64,000 bases of DNA from Eledone cirrhosa (Eukaryota). The translations under genes and the position numbers were made by a program. This document shows positions 27,911 to 40,837 of this stretch, in pieces (within the stretch, counting starts at the first letter, position 1; each line of letters starts with the position of its first letter). The notes beneath the pieces were generated by a model. The model saw only the letters and a list, made by a program, of their open reading frames with translations, had not been told where the DNA came from and made no database searches. The stretch is from the NCBI GenBank assembly GCA_964016885.1, contig OZ024743.1:17608001-17672000 (forward strand). Reading direction: 5' to 3'.

Positions 27911-29508
27911 AATAATAATGCTCAAATGCGTAACACATGTGTTTTTATAGTCGTTTTACACATATTATATAACATAATATCTCAATAAATACGCCATCAT
28001 GACTTACAAATTAGTTACTCCTGTTTTGAATTTCCTGTATTTTTAGAAAATGTTCACTCTATGTACCTCAACCCAGAATGATACATGATTTCTGAAAAAT
28101 ATCATTACTCTGATATTTGCCATTTTGAAAATAACTCTTTTTATGATTGTCGAAGAATGAATAGTCTATTTCCTAAGGAAACGATGAAAATATTTTTTAG
28201 AAACACGAAGATAGTCAGAAAGGATATTTACGGATGGAATTAGTTGTAAAATGTCTATATATTAAAAATGGCAGCTTTGAATGTTTCCTCATATTAAATG
28301 TAACGTCTTAGCTTAATCTTATGGCATCAATGCAACAGCTGTTATTCGTATCCAACCATAAAACTTCAGTATTTCATTATTGGATATATATTAATTTTTG
28401 TCGCCTATTTTTGTCTTTTTCTACATGCAATTTAACGTTCCATTTCCTTACATTTTAGGGTTTATGGTGGAACTAGTAATAATATCTATGTTTCTCTATT
28501 TATTTCATTCCTATCATTTATTCGATAATTAATTTTGAGCTTATGAGGAATACGCTATAATATTCTTATATTTATCCCTCGTAATAAATAAAAAAATTAC
28601 AATTGTTATAAGGCTTTCATCAATCAGTTAACACAGCTGTTACAGTAAAATATGGTTCAAATGGTAGTGATATAGTGTGCGTATACGCATGCTGAATCAT
28701 GCCATAAATATACTAAATACTTGATGAAAAACGGTATAAATATTGTTTATTGATAAAATCCAAATGTGTTTAAATGACTATAGACGAACACTCACTCATA
28801 CTATACTCATGACTATAAACGAACACTCACCCACTCTCATACAAATAAGCTCTAGTTCCCATCTATTCTACCATGGAAGGAAATGTTTCATTAAAATATG
28901 TGTTCATTAATCATGCATTTTTTAATCTTTGATTTTATCTTTCCATCTTATTCAGAATTGCTTACAATCAATACTAAATTCTGTCAACCTATTACTCAGA
29001 GAGATAATGTCAATAAATTAAGTATTTATCAGGAACCTTATCGATATCTTATTCACATTCATGTCACCTACTTTTATTACGCAAATCTAGGGGATTTTTG
29101 TTTCTAAAATCCAGAGAATCCCCTAAAGAGTATACCACAAATTATCACTATTCAGTAAAACGCGGACACATACACGCATGAGTATATCATTTGTATCTGC
29201 AAAATGGGTGACTTAATACAAGTTGGCATTTTCTAAAAAAGAACAGTTTCCATTCCTTCCTCTTCGTACTCTCATTATTTTAATTCATCGTTTATTTCTC
29301 CTGCTACTTCCTAGCAAAGGACGAATGTCTAAAACACAAATATACTTTCCATACTGTACTAAGTGGTAAGGTAGTACATCAATCCATTGCACTGTGTTGA
29401 CTGGTTTGGTGTTGCCATTTACCTTTTCCATACATAAATCTATATATATATATATAGAGAGATATATATTTATCTATACTTTTAACTATCTCTGTATCTA
29501 TCTAGGTT

Positions 29509-29509
<1 letters not shown>

Positions 29510-29563
<54 letters not shown>

Positions 29564-29566
29564 TTA

Positions 29567-29643
<77 letters not shown>

Positions 29644-29710
29644 GTATATTATATGTATCTATATCTATCTATCTATCTCTATTTCGCTCTCATTCTCTCT
29701 ATATCCTCTT

Positions 29711-29773
<63 letters not shown>

Positions 29774-29790
29774 GCATATGTATGTGTGTG
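29510..29790. repeat. (TC)n/(TA)n compound microsatellite
   Basis: Direct reading. Confidence 0.95.
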
Positions 29791-29804
29791 TACGTTGTGT
29801 ATAA

Positions 29805-30060
29805 CTAGGGTAATAGAAAAAACCTTAAGGCACATATATAGGAACGATCGACTCTCGTCGAATCGGACCGAGGGAACAATGTTTCCGTTGGTCTTTCCAA
29901 TTGCTAATACTATCTATCGGTCGCAACTCCAGGTAGAAGGAGCAACGTGAAATAAAGTGTCTTGCTCAAGGACATAACGCATCGCCTGATCCAGGAATCG
30001 AACTCACAACCTTACGATTGCGAATCCAATTCTCTATCCACTCCGCCACACGCCTTCACA
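29805..30060 (-). mobile_element. tRNA-derived SINE (family S2)
   Basis: Minus strand: GGCGTGTGGCGGAGTGG (A box)...GAGTTCGATTCC (B box), then TGTCCTTGAGCAAGACACTT, a common SINE central motif. Confidence 0.75.
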
Positions 30061-30392
30061 AGGCACATGTGGCGATGTTTATTCATCCCTTTGTTATATA
30101 TTCTTGTGGCAGATACGTATTTTGAAAAGTTAATTAAATCGCTTATGGTATATGCATTATTTTGCAATTCATTATCTCACTCCCCCCATTCCTATTAAAT
30201 ATGTCCCCCCGTAGAAGATCCAGAAAAATGGTATTAAATATGCTTAAACCCATGCATTTGTAACTACATACTTTATACATAATTTGAAACATCTAAACAT
30301 GATAACCATGCACATATAACATGCATTCATATGGTTTTCTATAGAGTGGTAATGGAGGTGAAGAATGGTGGAGACCTTGTGGAAACTCTGCG

Positions 30393-30427
<35 letters not shown>

Positions 30428-30445
30428 GATAAATCTATTTTCAGT

Positions 30446-30525
<80 letters not shown>

Positions 30526-30528
<3 letters not shown>

Positions 30529-31274
30529 TCTAATAATGTATTAAATATATACTCTTGGTGGCCGGATATGATTTCCAGATATCAGGTATGACTCTCTTTA
30601 TTATTATTATTTTTTATATGAAATACTGATTGATCTTCCTTGTATCCCATGTCTGATTTAGCCTTAGATAATAACTATGTGTGTATATGGGTGGTCCATA
30701 CATGTATTTATTATATTTTAATAACTCTATGTGTGCATTGATTGTGTATACATATAGTTATTCTTTTAATATCCAATTGAGTTCTTAAACACGTGGTTAT
30801 AATACGTAACAGGTTTAAATGACCAGCGTGTATATTATTTTATATTTTATGACCTCCCCTTACCCTTTTGGGGGCAGTGTGTATTTTATCTTTGAGAGGA
30901 CTGCTGAATTTTCGATCTACCAGTCTCTTTTTAGCGCTGAAGGAGACCATCACTAATCTATTAATGTCGATGTATTTTTTATATCGATATTATATGGGCA
31001 TCCACTGATGAGTTTATAAGAGCCAACTTGTGTATAAAACTAAGGATTATATACAAGTTTCTACATAACCTGGACATTATTTATGCCAAATTGTAGAAAA
31101 CCTATAACGAAACGATCGTCTGGAAGGAAAAAGATATGTATTTAATTATGTCTCATATAAAATAATACAAACACTAAATTGGGAAATACATAGGTGGTAT
31201 ATTCTAATGTTTGTTGAGTGAGATGGAGTTGGTCAGAGTATCGCTTAAGGCTTTCTCTGTTAATGTATTCAATA
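30526..31274 (+). mobile_element. ~727-bp HHR-bearing unit with ~22-bp terminal redundancy, inside (TA)n (family E)
   Basis: Starts TTCTCTAATAATGTATTAAATA and ends TTCTCTGTTAATGTATTCAATA; long (TA)n on both sides. Confidence 0.7.
31001..31124 (+). ncRNA. Type I hammerhead ribozyme, canonical core, two hairpins inserted in loop II
   Basis: TCCA-CTGATGA-GTTtATA...TATAAC-GAAA-CGATCG-TC-TGGA. Internal hairpins AACTTGTGTATAA/TTATATACAAGTT and TCTACA/TGTAGA. Predicted cut after C31120. Confidence 0.88.
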
Positions 31275-31275
31275 A

Positions 31276-31378
<103 letters not shown>

Positions 31379-31444
31379 GAAGAGAGAAGAAACATTTAGA
31401 TATAATTAGTAATACAATGTATCATACCTAAACTGCTCCTAGAT

Positions 31445-31534
31445 TCCTCGACTACGTAGTTTCGTGGCATAAACAAAAACAATACATCATAAAGATATAG
31501 AGTCCTTGCGAGGTCTGCCGACTTATCAAGAGGA
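31445..31534 (-). ncRNA. Type I hammerhead ribozyme (family A)
   Basis: Core and stems identical to 10882-10969; differences confined to loop II. Confidence 0.85.
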
Positions 31535-32037
31535 TACCTCATTTTACTAGCCTCAAGAACGCGTCTACACGACGTGAGAAAGAATCCCAAAAGGCGGAGG
31601 GTGAGATAGTCACGCGATATAACGGTCGAGAAACAGACCTAAGCCTCTTATAACCCCGAAGAAAATACCACGGAGGCGGAGGGGGTATTCATATCGAAGC
31701 CGTAGAAGAGGTGGTGAAGGGGGCGAGAATTATGAGTAATGGCTGCTTTCCAGCAGTCACCACACTTCAAAGATTGCTCGACCAGAGGGAGTTATTAACA
31801 ATATATTTAGAAACACACAGATACATGCGGACACACAGATATACATGAATGCATCCACACCCAACCGTGAGTTAAGGGTGCCAACCTCACCGATGTTGCT
31901 CAATGAATGACTGGGACAGACCAATCCGGTTGAACTAGACTGAACCAGTATCAGAGTTAAACATACATTATGAAGAGAGAAGAAACATTTAGATATAATT
32001 AGTAATAAAATGTATCATACCTAAACTGCTCCTAGAT

Positions 32038-32127
32038 TCCTCGACTACGTAGTTTCGTGGCATAAACAAAAACAATACATCATAAAGATATAGAGTCCTT
32101 GCGAGGTCTGCCGACTTATCAAGAGGA
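32038..32127 (-). ncRNA. Type I hammerhead ribozyme (family A)
   Basis: Tandem copy 593 nt from 31445. Confidence 0.85.
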
Positions 32128-32320
32128 TACCTCATTTTACTAGCCTCAAGAACGCGTCTACACGACGTGAGAAAGAATCCCAAAAGCGGAGGGGGAGAAA
32201 GTCACGCGATATAATGGTCGAGAAACAGAGCTAAGCCTCTTATAACCCCGAAGAAAATACCACGGAGGCGGAGGGGGTATTCATATCGAAGCCGTAGAAG
32301 AGGTGGTGGAGGAGACGAGA

Positions 32321-32415
<95 letters not shown>

Positions 32416-32586
32416 TATATCAAAGGTATATATTGAGTTAAGAACTCAAAATAGTCTCTTACAACAAAATAGCTCTAAGAAAGAGATATTTCCGAGCCGT
32501 ATATTATAATAGAATATACATATATTCATTTTTTTTCTTTTTTATTCTATTATAAAAATTAGAATTGGATCTCTAATATTCCATTA

Positions 32587-32652
<66 letters not shown>

Positions 32653-33109
32653 GGGGGGGGGTGACCTTATGTGTGTGTGTATATATACATGAAATGATAT
32701 TTTGCAATTATAATATATTTGTACTTGTTTTAACAGTAACTCTAGTATAATGCTTCGAAATTGGGATATTTTGGGTGATTTAGACTGCTAGAATATATTA
32801 CGTTTCAGTCAGAGATAATATTTTTGGGGAAACAAATTATGAAGCTTTGAAACCAGATTTAAGAAGTGTTTCTAACATAAAATATTAATACTGTTTAAGT
32901 TTATCTATAAATAAATATAATGCCGTGTGTCAACGCATTATACTACAATTTGCAAACAGCGTTATTTATGGAATAAAATACGCATTTCATACAATTATCC
33001 ATTGTGAAGAGTAAACACTAAGAAAATACAAATACAATGCAAGGCATTTGTAAAAATGACTTTTTCGTATGTAAATTAATTCACATTTCATAAATAGTCT
33101 TTATAATTA

Positions 33110-33470
33110 TACGAGGCATTTAAAAAAGTAAGAGACAGACGAATTTGAACTCGTAACATACTATTTCCGTCAATTGCGTTTCCTTGTTATATTTTTGCGT
33201 TATAATACCAGCATTTTAGTGAAAGCTGAAATAAAAGAAAATGCCAGACATAAGTTTGGTAATAAAATCCACCAGTCTTAGGAAAATAAACAAATATTGA
33301 TTATTGGCGTTCATACAAAGTATATTTTGGTTATTATACTCGTTTCAATAAATGGGTACTGTTTATTTATTGATCGCAGAAGGGAAAACCGTAATGTTAT
33401 GCCCAAAGGTAATCTAGTTATAAGAGTGAAGCCACATAAGTAACAATTATCTGTTAAATAGCAAATCACG
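33110..33470 (+). mobile_element. Highly decayed mariner-like transposon 5' end
   Basis: TA|CGAGGCATTTAAAAAAGTAAG resembles a mariner TIR; downstream sequence loosely recalls the N-terminal HTH region (IKF...KVY...KW...GR). No intact frame. Confidence 0.35.
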
Positions 33471-33851
33471 CATTTGTAATTTCTGAATAATCATAACAAT
33501 GATCATTAGTCATTGTCAAGTGGGTTAATACGCGACTTTGTTCTGGAATCTTAAACGACAATGATGCACATAACAAACTAGATGAAGTTGCTAGGAAAGT
33601 TGTGTTCCGAATTTCTTTAAAGTATGAGATTAAAGATATATAATAATTATCATTACTATTGTTTCTGTTTGACACCAGCAATTTGAAGGGGCGGCCTCAT
33701 TTTATCTAAATCATTGGTTGTGTATTCTTCCACTTAAATATCAACTAACTATCACAACTATTAGGCGTATAATGATCCGCCACCAGTGGCCCATCTTGTA
33801 ATAGAACAGCTGTGCACAAATATGATTGAATCTGAATATATTATATTATTT

Positions 33852-34031
33852 TCGGCAGTATCGGTAGAGGGTCGGACGCCATGATTTGACGCATAGAGTT
33901 ACGGCCCTTGCCATTCTGAGTTCAAATCCCGCCGAGGTTAACTTTGACTTTCATCCTTACTGGGTCGATAAAATAAAGTACCAGTAATGCACTGGATAAT
34001 TTGCTGGTCTTGTGCCAAAAGTAGAAACAAA
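33852..34031 (+). mobile_element. SINE family S1
   Basis: Matches 7735-7912. Confidence 0.85.
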
Positions 34032-35651
34032 TATGTTCATTACCCATTATAAATAAAGATTGAAATGGTTAAGAATAATGAATAAGGGAGGGCATATTTA
34101 ATGCCATCATGTATAACATTTTGTCTATTGCATTAAATTTAATATTATATGAGTTTACAATGTGTTATGTATAGTTAATCCCAGAATTTCTGCCGAGGAA
34201 TCCACGCAATATAATTTAAAACCTTCAAATTTAATATTGCCATAATCACGTGCATTTGATACATAGTTTTATATGACATACTTTCCCGATGTCACAATCT
34301 ATAAATTACGAAGTAATAAACATCATTTATATATCAAAATGTAACCAATAAAATACATGTTATGTATCGCTTATTCTATATCGCCAATTTCAGCTGTATT
34401 GGCATTTTCAATATTTTATATTAGGTGGCGATATTTACTTTTATATTATTCGCAATATAAAGACACATAATATGGAAATGGACAGAGATTACTACGTACC
34501 GAAATAATAAATATTTTTATTTTATTTCGAATGATTTATTCCTAATATACGTGGAGGAGTAACATTTGTAACCTGTAAACGAGGACTGCAATATTTGAAG
34601 GATCATTGAGCGCCCAAAGCCTGCAGCATATTGTATATTCCAAGAGCATATCAAAGCTGTTTAAATCAGAAGCATAGGTCATTACCGAGATGTTGATGAG
34701 ATCGTGCCGTCCTACAAGCAAATGAAATGTACGGAAGCAAGCTTGTATCGAGTATATATCAGTTTGAGGATTTCAGTCATATTATAGGATTAATATAAAA
34801 GATAACATCCAGTACATTGACTGAAATAAATGATTAATAAATATTAACCCTTGTAGGTACAATTTAAAATTCAACCAATGTCCGTATCCAAACATTAATT
34901 TATAATGTCCTCCTAATAATATATAAGAAAATAACATTTCTGGTAGAGTTATATTTTATTTAAATTTAATATATATACAGCTGTTTAGCCACAACTACAA
35001 TATCCATCACTTCAAATTTTCGTTATTACATATATAAGACGAACTATACAATGCAGCTCATATGAAATATGACGCAATGAATCACAAAAATATAAACATT
35101 AGTCAATTTAGAGTTAATATTATTAATATGATATACATCAATTTTAAATCAGTTTTATAAAGGTGTTTTTGTGTTGATACGATGATTAAAAAAGGCAAAA
35201 GTCGTATTATATTACTTTGAATATAACAGCAAGTACCCGCTATAGATATATCTACAAATATTATGTTTGTGACATATTATTCGTCTGCAATTTTCCAAAT
35301 ATTTGCGAGACATTAAATATAGCATGAGGTGGTATACGAACAAAATACATATAAAAACAACATTAGAGAACGTTATTGCATAGTATTTTAGCAAGTATCT
35401 CATTAACCGATATATATTTTTAGCATCGTCTACAAAAATTAATTAGCATGGAAACTTGCTCAATATACATATATATCTATACGCACACACGCATACCTCC
35501 ACGCATACAGACACACACATATATATATAAAATATATATACAGACACTCGACAATATTAAGGTTTTAGCTTCGACATATCTGTATACATACAGGTATATG
35601 AATTTCGTATATCTAATCATAGTTATGTAATAAACAACGTAAGATAGTTAT

Positions 35652-35712
35652 TTCATTTACCAGTGGTTTCTTGAAGACAGATGTTGTGTGGGTCTTCAGT
35701 CGTCAGAATGAA
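35652..35712 (-). ncRNA. Type I hammerhead ribozyme
   Basis: Minus strand: TTCATT-CTGACGA-cTGAAGAC...GTCTTCAa-GAAA-CCACTGG-TA-AATGAA. 6-bp stem I, 7-bp stem II, GUA site. Confidence 0.8.
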
Positions 35713-36080
35713 TACAAAACGTGGTGTATTTATTAAATATGGATTTGAAAATATGAAAGTGAGGCTGAAAAAAACGGGCGTAAAGTAAATAGGGAAAAAA
35801 AAATATATATATATTTAAAAATATAAATATCCAGAACGTAAACATACACACACTCAACTACGCGCATATACCTAATAGTACTCACATAAGCGTATTTGCG
35901 TCTACAAGAAGTACGGACAGGAACATAAATACATACACATACGTATACATAGATATATACATAAATACATACACATACATATACAGGGATATATATGCAC
36001 TCAAAAATGAACACACAGAACTGGGAAGTTATAATGAAGCAGGAACAACTAAATTAATAAATAAGAACAAACAATATAAG

Positions 36081-36148
<68 letters not shown>

Positions 36149-36207
36149 GGGGGGGGGGATAAATAAAAACAACTTAAATATAAAAAATACACAAGATATG
36201 TATATAC

Positions 36208-36239
<32 letters not shown>

Positions 36240-36635
36240 TATAATTGACACTCTGAAAAAGCGATTTATATATGAATGTATATATAGTGTATTTTGCAAG
36301 GTACTTATCAAAGCCAAGTACTCCACCTGCTTGCTGAAAATCATGAATGTTTGATTCTTATGAAATTCTAGTAATAATCAGGAACTGATTATACAGAGCG
36401 GTTGCCGGTCTAGCAGAAATTGAAAATTAGAATTGTTGCTCTGAAAGAGCGATATATATATATGAATGCATATATAGTGTATTTGGCAATAAACTGTATG
36501 CTTAATTAAAAGCATTTCGAAGACCTTACGCTATTGTTTTAGAGTAGTGACAGTCTCACTTACTTTAACTTTTCAGCAGACAGGGGAGATAAGGCTGACA
36601 GAGCTCTGTTTCGTACTGAGTTGTACTTAACACTT

Positions 36636-36680
36636 GGCTTTGATAAGTACCAATTAGTACGAAACAGAGCTCTGTCAGCG
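36636..36680 (+). ncRNA. Minimal type I hammerhead ribozyme, U3:A8 variant
   Basis: GCT-TTGATAA-GTAC caatta GTAC-GAAA-CAGAGCTCTG-TC-AGC. Stem III is the 12-nt palindrome ACAGAGCTCTGT. Confidence 0.85.
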
Positions 36681-36955
36681 TTATCTCCCCTGTTTGCTAA
36701 ACATTTTAAGTAAGTGAGACTGTCACTACTCTAAAACAATAGCGCAAGGTCTTCGAAATGCATTTAATTAAGGATACAGTGTATTGCAAAATACACTATA
36801 TACACATTCATATATATATCGCTATTTCAGAGCACCAATTCTAATTTTCACTTTCTGCTTCACAAGTAATCGCTCTGTATAATCAGTTCCTGATTATTAC
36901 TAGAACTCTATGAGAATCAAACATTCATGATTTTCGGCAAACAGGGGGAGTACTT

Positions 36956-37000
36956 GGCTTTGATAAGTATCAATCAGTACGAAACAGAGATCTGTCAGCT
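36956..37000 (+). ncRNA. Minimal type I hammerhead ribozyme, second copy in family F
   Basis: GCT-TTGATAA-GTAT caatca GTAC-GAAA-CAGAGATCTG-TC-AGC, 320 nt downstream. Confidence 0.8.
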
Positions 37001-37136
37001 TTATCTCCCCTGTTTGCTGAAAATTTAAAGTAGGTGAGACTATCACTACTCTAAAACACTAGCGTAAGGTCTTCTAAATGCTTTTAATTAAGCATACAGT
37101 GTATTGCAAAATACACTATATATATACACACACACT

Positions 37137-37203
<67 letters not shown>

Positions 37204-37257
37204 GTTTCTGAATTTGTTTAGCAATATACTTTATCTGAAAACGTGTGTTGAAATCGA

Positions 37258-37590
37258 TATTGTTGTGCTTTGGGAGGGTCATGTTTGCAATAAGGAACAC
37301 ACGCACCAGTTACTTTCACTTCAATTTATTATAAATTATAATGGCGTCGGACAGAACAAAGGAGAGGCACAAAAACAAAGATAATACATCCCAGTCACTG
37401 AAGAGGTCACATAATATGTGACGAAAGAACTTTGACAATATATGAACAATCGTCTGGTTGTGGACCCAACCAGCCAACCGGAAATTTATAAATTCCTAAA
37501 TTTATGAATTTATTTTATAATAAATTGAAGTGAAAGCTATTGGTGCGTGTATTTCTTATTGGCAACATGAAAAAAAAGCATAACAATATG
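37258..37590. repeat. ~80-bp imperfect inverted repeats (37258-37340 and 37515-37590) enclosing an HHR
   Basis: ...ACACACGCACCAGTTACTTTCACTTCAATTTATTATAA versus TTATAATAAATTGAAGTGAAAGCTATTGGTGCGTGT... Confidence 0.8.
37394..37436 (+). ncRNA. Minimal type I hammerhead ribozyme
   Basis: GTCA-CTGAAGA-g-GTCACAT aat ATGTGAC-GAAA-GAAC-TT-TGAC. Stem III is only 2 bp; CUU site. Confidence 0.7.
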
Positions 37591-37625
37591 TTTATATATA
37601 TATATATATATATACACACCTACAT

Positions 37626-37713
<88 letters not shown>

Positions 37714-37967
37714 ATACATATGCACACCTATACACACATGCAAACACGCACACATATATATGTGTATATATATATAAAATAAATATACGTACACATACAT
37801 ATACATGTGCATACATAAAGAAAATATATATATATACACATATATACACACACATACAAACACACATATATATACACACACATATATACAAATACATGCA
37901 TATATATATACAAATACATATAAACAAATATATACATACACATATATATATATATATATATAAACAA

Positions 37968-38039
<72 letters not shown>

Positions 38040-38095
38040 ACATACACACACCTACATATAAATATAAAAACACGTATATATGTAAATACATATAA
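37590..38095. repeat. (TA)n/(CA)n compound microsatellite
   Basis: Direct reading. Confidence 0.95.
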
Positions 38096-38159
38096 GCCTG
38101 TCTGCATACGCGCCCACATACTACCTTATGTGAGTACACTTAAAAACCTAGTGGATAAG

Positions 38160-40185
38160 TAAGGACAAAGGGGAGTAAAACTGAAATAAAATAATAAAAT
38201 AATTATTAAGAACAGGTTAGGGAGAAAAGGGTGTAAAAATTGTAGTAGAGAGTAAGTGTTTGTGATGAGATCTGGATAAGTTTATATAGTTAAAACGTGA
38301 TCTGGGTAAAGGATAAAGGTGGTGGGTGTGTATGTATTAATGGTATGATAGATAGTAGGGGGTATACGTCAACTGATATATAGAAAGAGTTGAGGGCGAA
38401 CATGTATATATTGGTAGAAAGTATGTATTCATAAGGTAATGAAATTGTTAGTGAATGGAAGGCGTGATAAATAAAGAAGCTCAAGGTCGTTGAGTGATCG
38501 TTGTAAAGATCTCGGTCTTAGAGTTGAGACAAGTGGTAGGGGTTTTCAAGTTTTGGAGGATTCTAAATGTTCCGTAGTACACAAAGAACATTTCTTGTTG
38601 CCCCTTTGGGATTCTCTTGAATGGTCTAAAATAGACCAATCAATAGTATACGGAATGTTTTTGTCTTTAAACACCCTCACTTTATTTACCAGCGCTGTTG
38701 CTGTTCTTTTTTCAGGCTGTTTGAAAGAAGCGACATGTGCATTATACCTGTTTTTAAATCTGTCCTGAGTCATGCCAACATATCGTTCACTCCTGGCTGA
38801 CTGGTTATTAATCATTGGTGTCAATTTGGCCTCATACACAATAGATTGGGTATCACATTTACCCTGTAATGGGAATTCTTCCGGCTTCCTACAACTGCAT
38901 CCTGGATTTACTCTAGTACCATTATAGTTGGTAATTTTAGTTTTCATTGATGGGCAACAAGAGTAACTAATTTTAACTACATTTTTATTGAATATCTTAT
39001 ACCTATGATTAGGGGGAACATGTTTGTCAAGGAGGTCGAGGAATTTTCTTCTTACATTAGAGAAAAGAGGGGTGTAAACCAAATAATTTTTATTTTCCTG
39101 TTATTGTGTTTAGTGTTAGAAAGAGGACTAGGGAAATATTTAATTTGTTCGGTGAAGCCGCTGTTATTGAGGGATTTATTATAATAAGGGGGCGGCTTTG
39201 TTAAACATTTCTATAGACGAGGATAAGGAAGAAATCCTACGGCTAATATTAGGAATAATATTTTTAAAGGATATAGGAGGATGGCAAACTATTTGTGTAT
39301 ATATCTTAAATTTCATTAGGTTTATGATAAGGTTTAAAAGAGGCGCGAAGTAGGTCATGATTGATATCAATAAAGTTAGTATTAGGAAGATTTGTATCTA
39401 TAGTAATTTTAAGGTTTAGGTTAGCAAAGGTATTGATTAAGTCTTTACGGAATTTATCAAGGTTATGGCCGTTGGTGGTATGAGAAACTGCCAAACCGTC
39501 GTCTCGGTATAAACCGATATTATGGCAAGGAAATTTTTATTTAAGGGTGTGGAGGAGGAATAATCCTACTACGTCGCACACATTGGCACTATCATATGAG
39601 CCCATCGCAACACCAAAAGAGCTTTCAGGGCTTGATTTTTTAACCCAAGTACCTTCATTATCAAAGAGTAGTGTTTTTCTAGCGTGAAAGATAACGCCTT
39701 CTAATTTAGAAATATTAATGAAATGTCTAGCAAAATCTAAGGCTTTTGTTAATAAGGATTCCGTAATAGAGGGGTAAAAATCAACAATATCAAAATGGGT
39801 AAATCTACACTTATCTTTTCCTTTTATGTTATTAAACCAAGAAATAACAGAGGATGTATTTAACCATTGAGATAAGTCAGTCATAGTTCTTATTTGAAGT
39901 ATTATTTTCCTTAAGATTTTTTTACTTGGAAGGCCAATTTAATATTTAGCAGGGCTGATTAGTCTACAACTGGGTCGATTAGTAAAGTCTAATTTATGGT
40001 CTTTAATTTATGCTTTACGTTAAGCTAGGCTTTCAATCCGTTTATCTATTTTTAAGGTACTAGCTAGGGGTTTTGCTTCATTATTAATAGTATTGTAAGT
40101 ATTAATCTTAGCTATTTGATATTTAGCCGTAATGCTATCTGTTAACAGTTGGTTATACGAATTATTATTTACTTCAAAAAGATTC
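38160..40185 (-). mobile_element. Penelope-like element, frameshifted RT plus C-terminal GIY-YIG
   Basis: FDIVDFYPSI, VAMGSYD, GLYRDDGLAV (39520-39485), HPP, CSCRKPEEFPLQGKC, IVYEA...YVGMT...RFKNRY..H, CSLC. 5' part interrupted by a microsatellite. Possibly Hydra-clade PLE (unverified). Confidence 0.9.
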
Positions 40186-40316
40186 GCATGTGGATGTGTG
40201 TTTATATTATATACATATTTGCATATGTATGTATGTGTCAGTAATATATGTGTGTGTATGTGTGTGTATATATGTGTGTATAGGTATATCTGCATGTATA
40301 TGTGTATATGTGTATG

Positions 40317-40391
<75 letters not shown>

Positions 40392-40779
40392 GCATGTCTT
40401 GTGTATTTGTTTAGATTTAAGTTGCTTTTATTTAGCGCCGAAACACACACACACACTCACACCTATCGTTGTCAACACGTCCGCCATTTTTACTTTATCT
40501 AGTTTTTGATTTTGATTTTACTTTCTTATATACATATATATATATATATATATACATATAAATATATATATATATGTATATATATTTAGGTTTGTTGGTT
40601 CACCACTGGATAGAATTGGTCAATCCGTATGGTCAGTCTTGATGTAATATTATGGAGAGTACTCAACGTAGTGCAGTTCACCCGTCTTCTTTGTGTAGTT
40701 GGTGGTGCTAATACGGAATTAATTGTTATAAATGCAATAGCAGAAGGCTGGCATGGTGTGAATCCTTGACAAGTTTATT

Positions 40780-40837
40780 ATACTATGATCATTTCACTGA
40801 CCTGGTTCCGTATGGATCCGGTGATATCATCAGGTAT
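40780..40837 (-). ncRNA. Type I hammerhead ribozyme
   Basis: Minus strand: ATAC-CTGATGA-tatcACCGGaTCC atac GGAaCCaGGTcagt-GAAA-TGATCA-TA-GTAT. Stem III palindrome ATGATCAT. Confidence 0.72.

Larger units (their letters stand above)
36250..37118. mobile_element. 320-bp HHR unit: inverted copy (36301-36628) joined to 1.5 direct copies (36632-37118), family F
   Basis: ACTTGGCTTTGATAAGTA at 36632 and 36952; reverse complement at 36301-36321; both outer ends run into TA repeats. Confidence 0.88.

Noticed and set aside
29975-30056. tRNA gene candidate with A and B boxes
   Set aside because: No complete cloverleaf and it continues into SINE body sequence; the same applies to the S1 heads.
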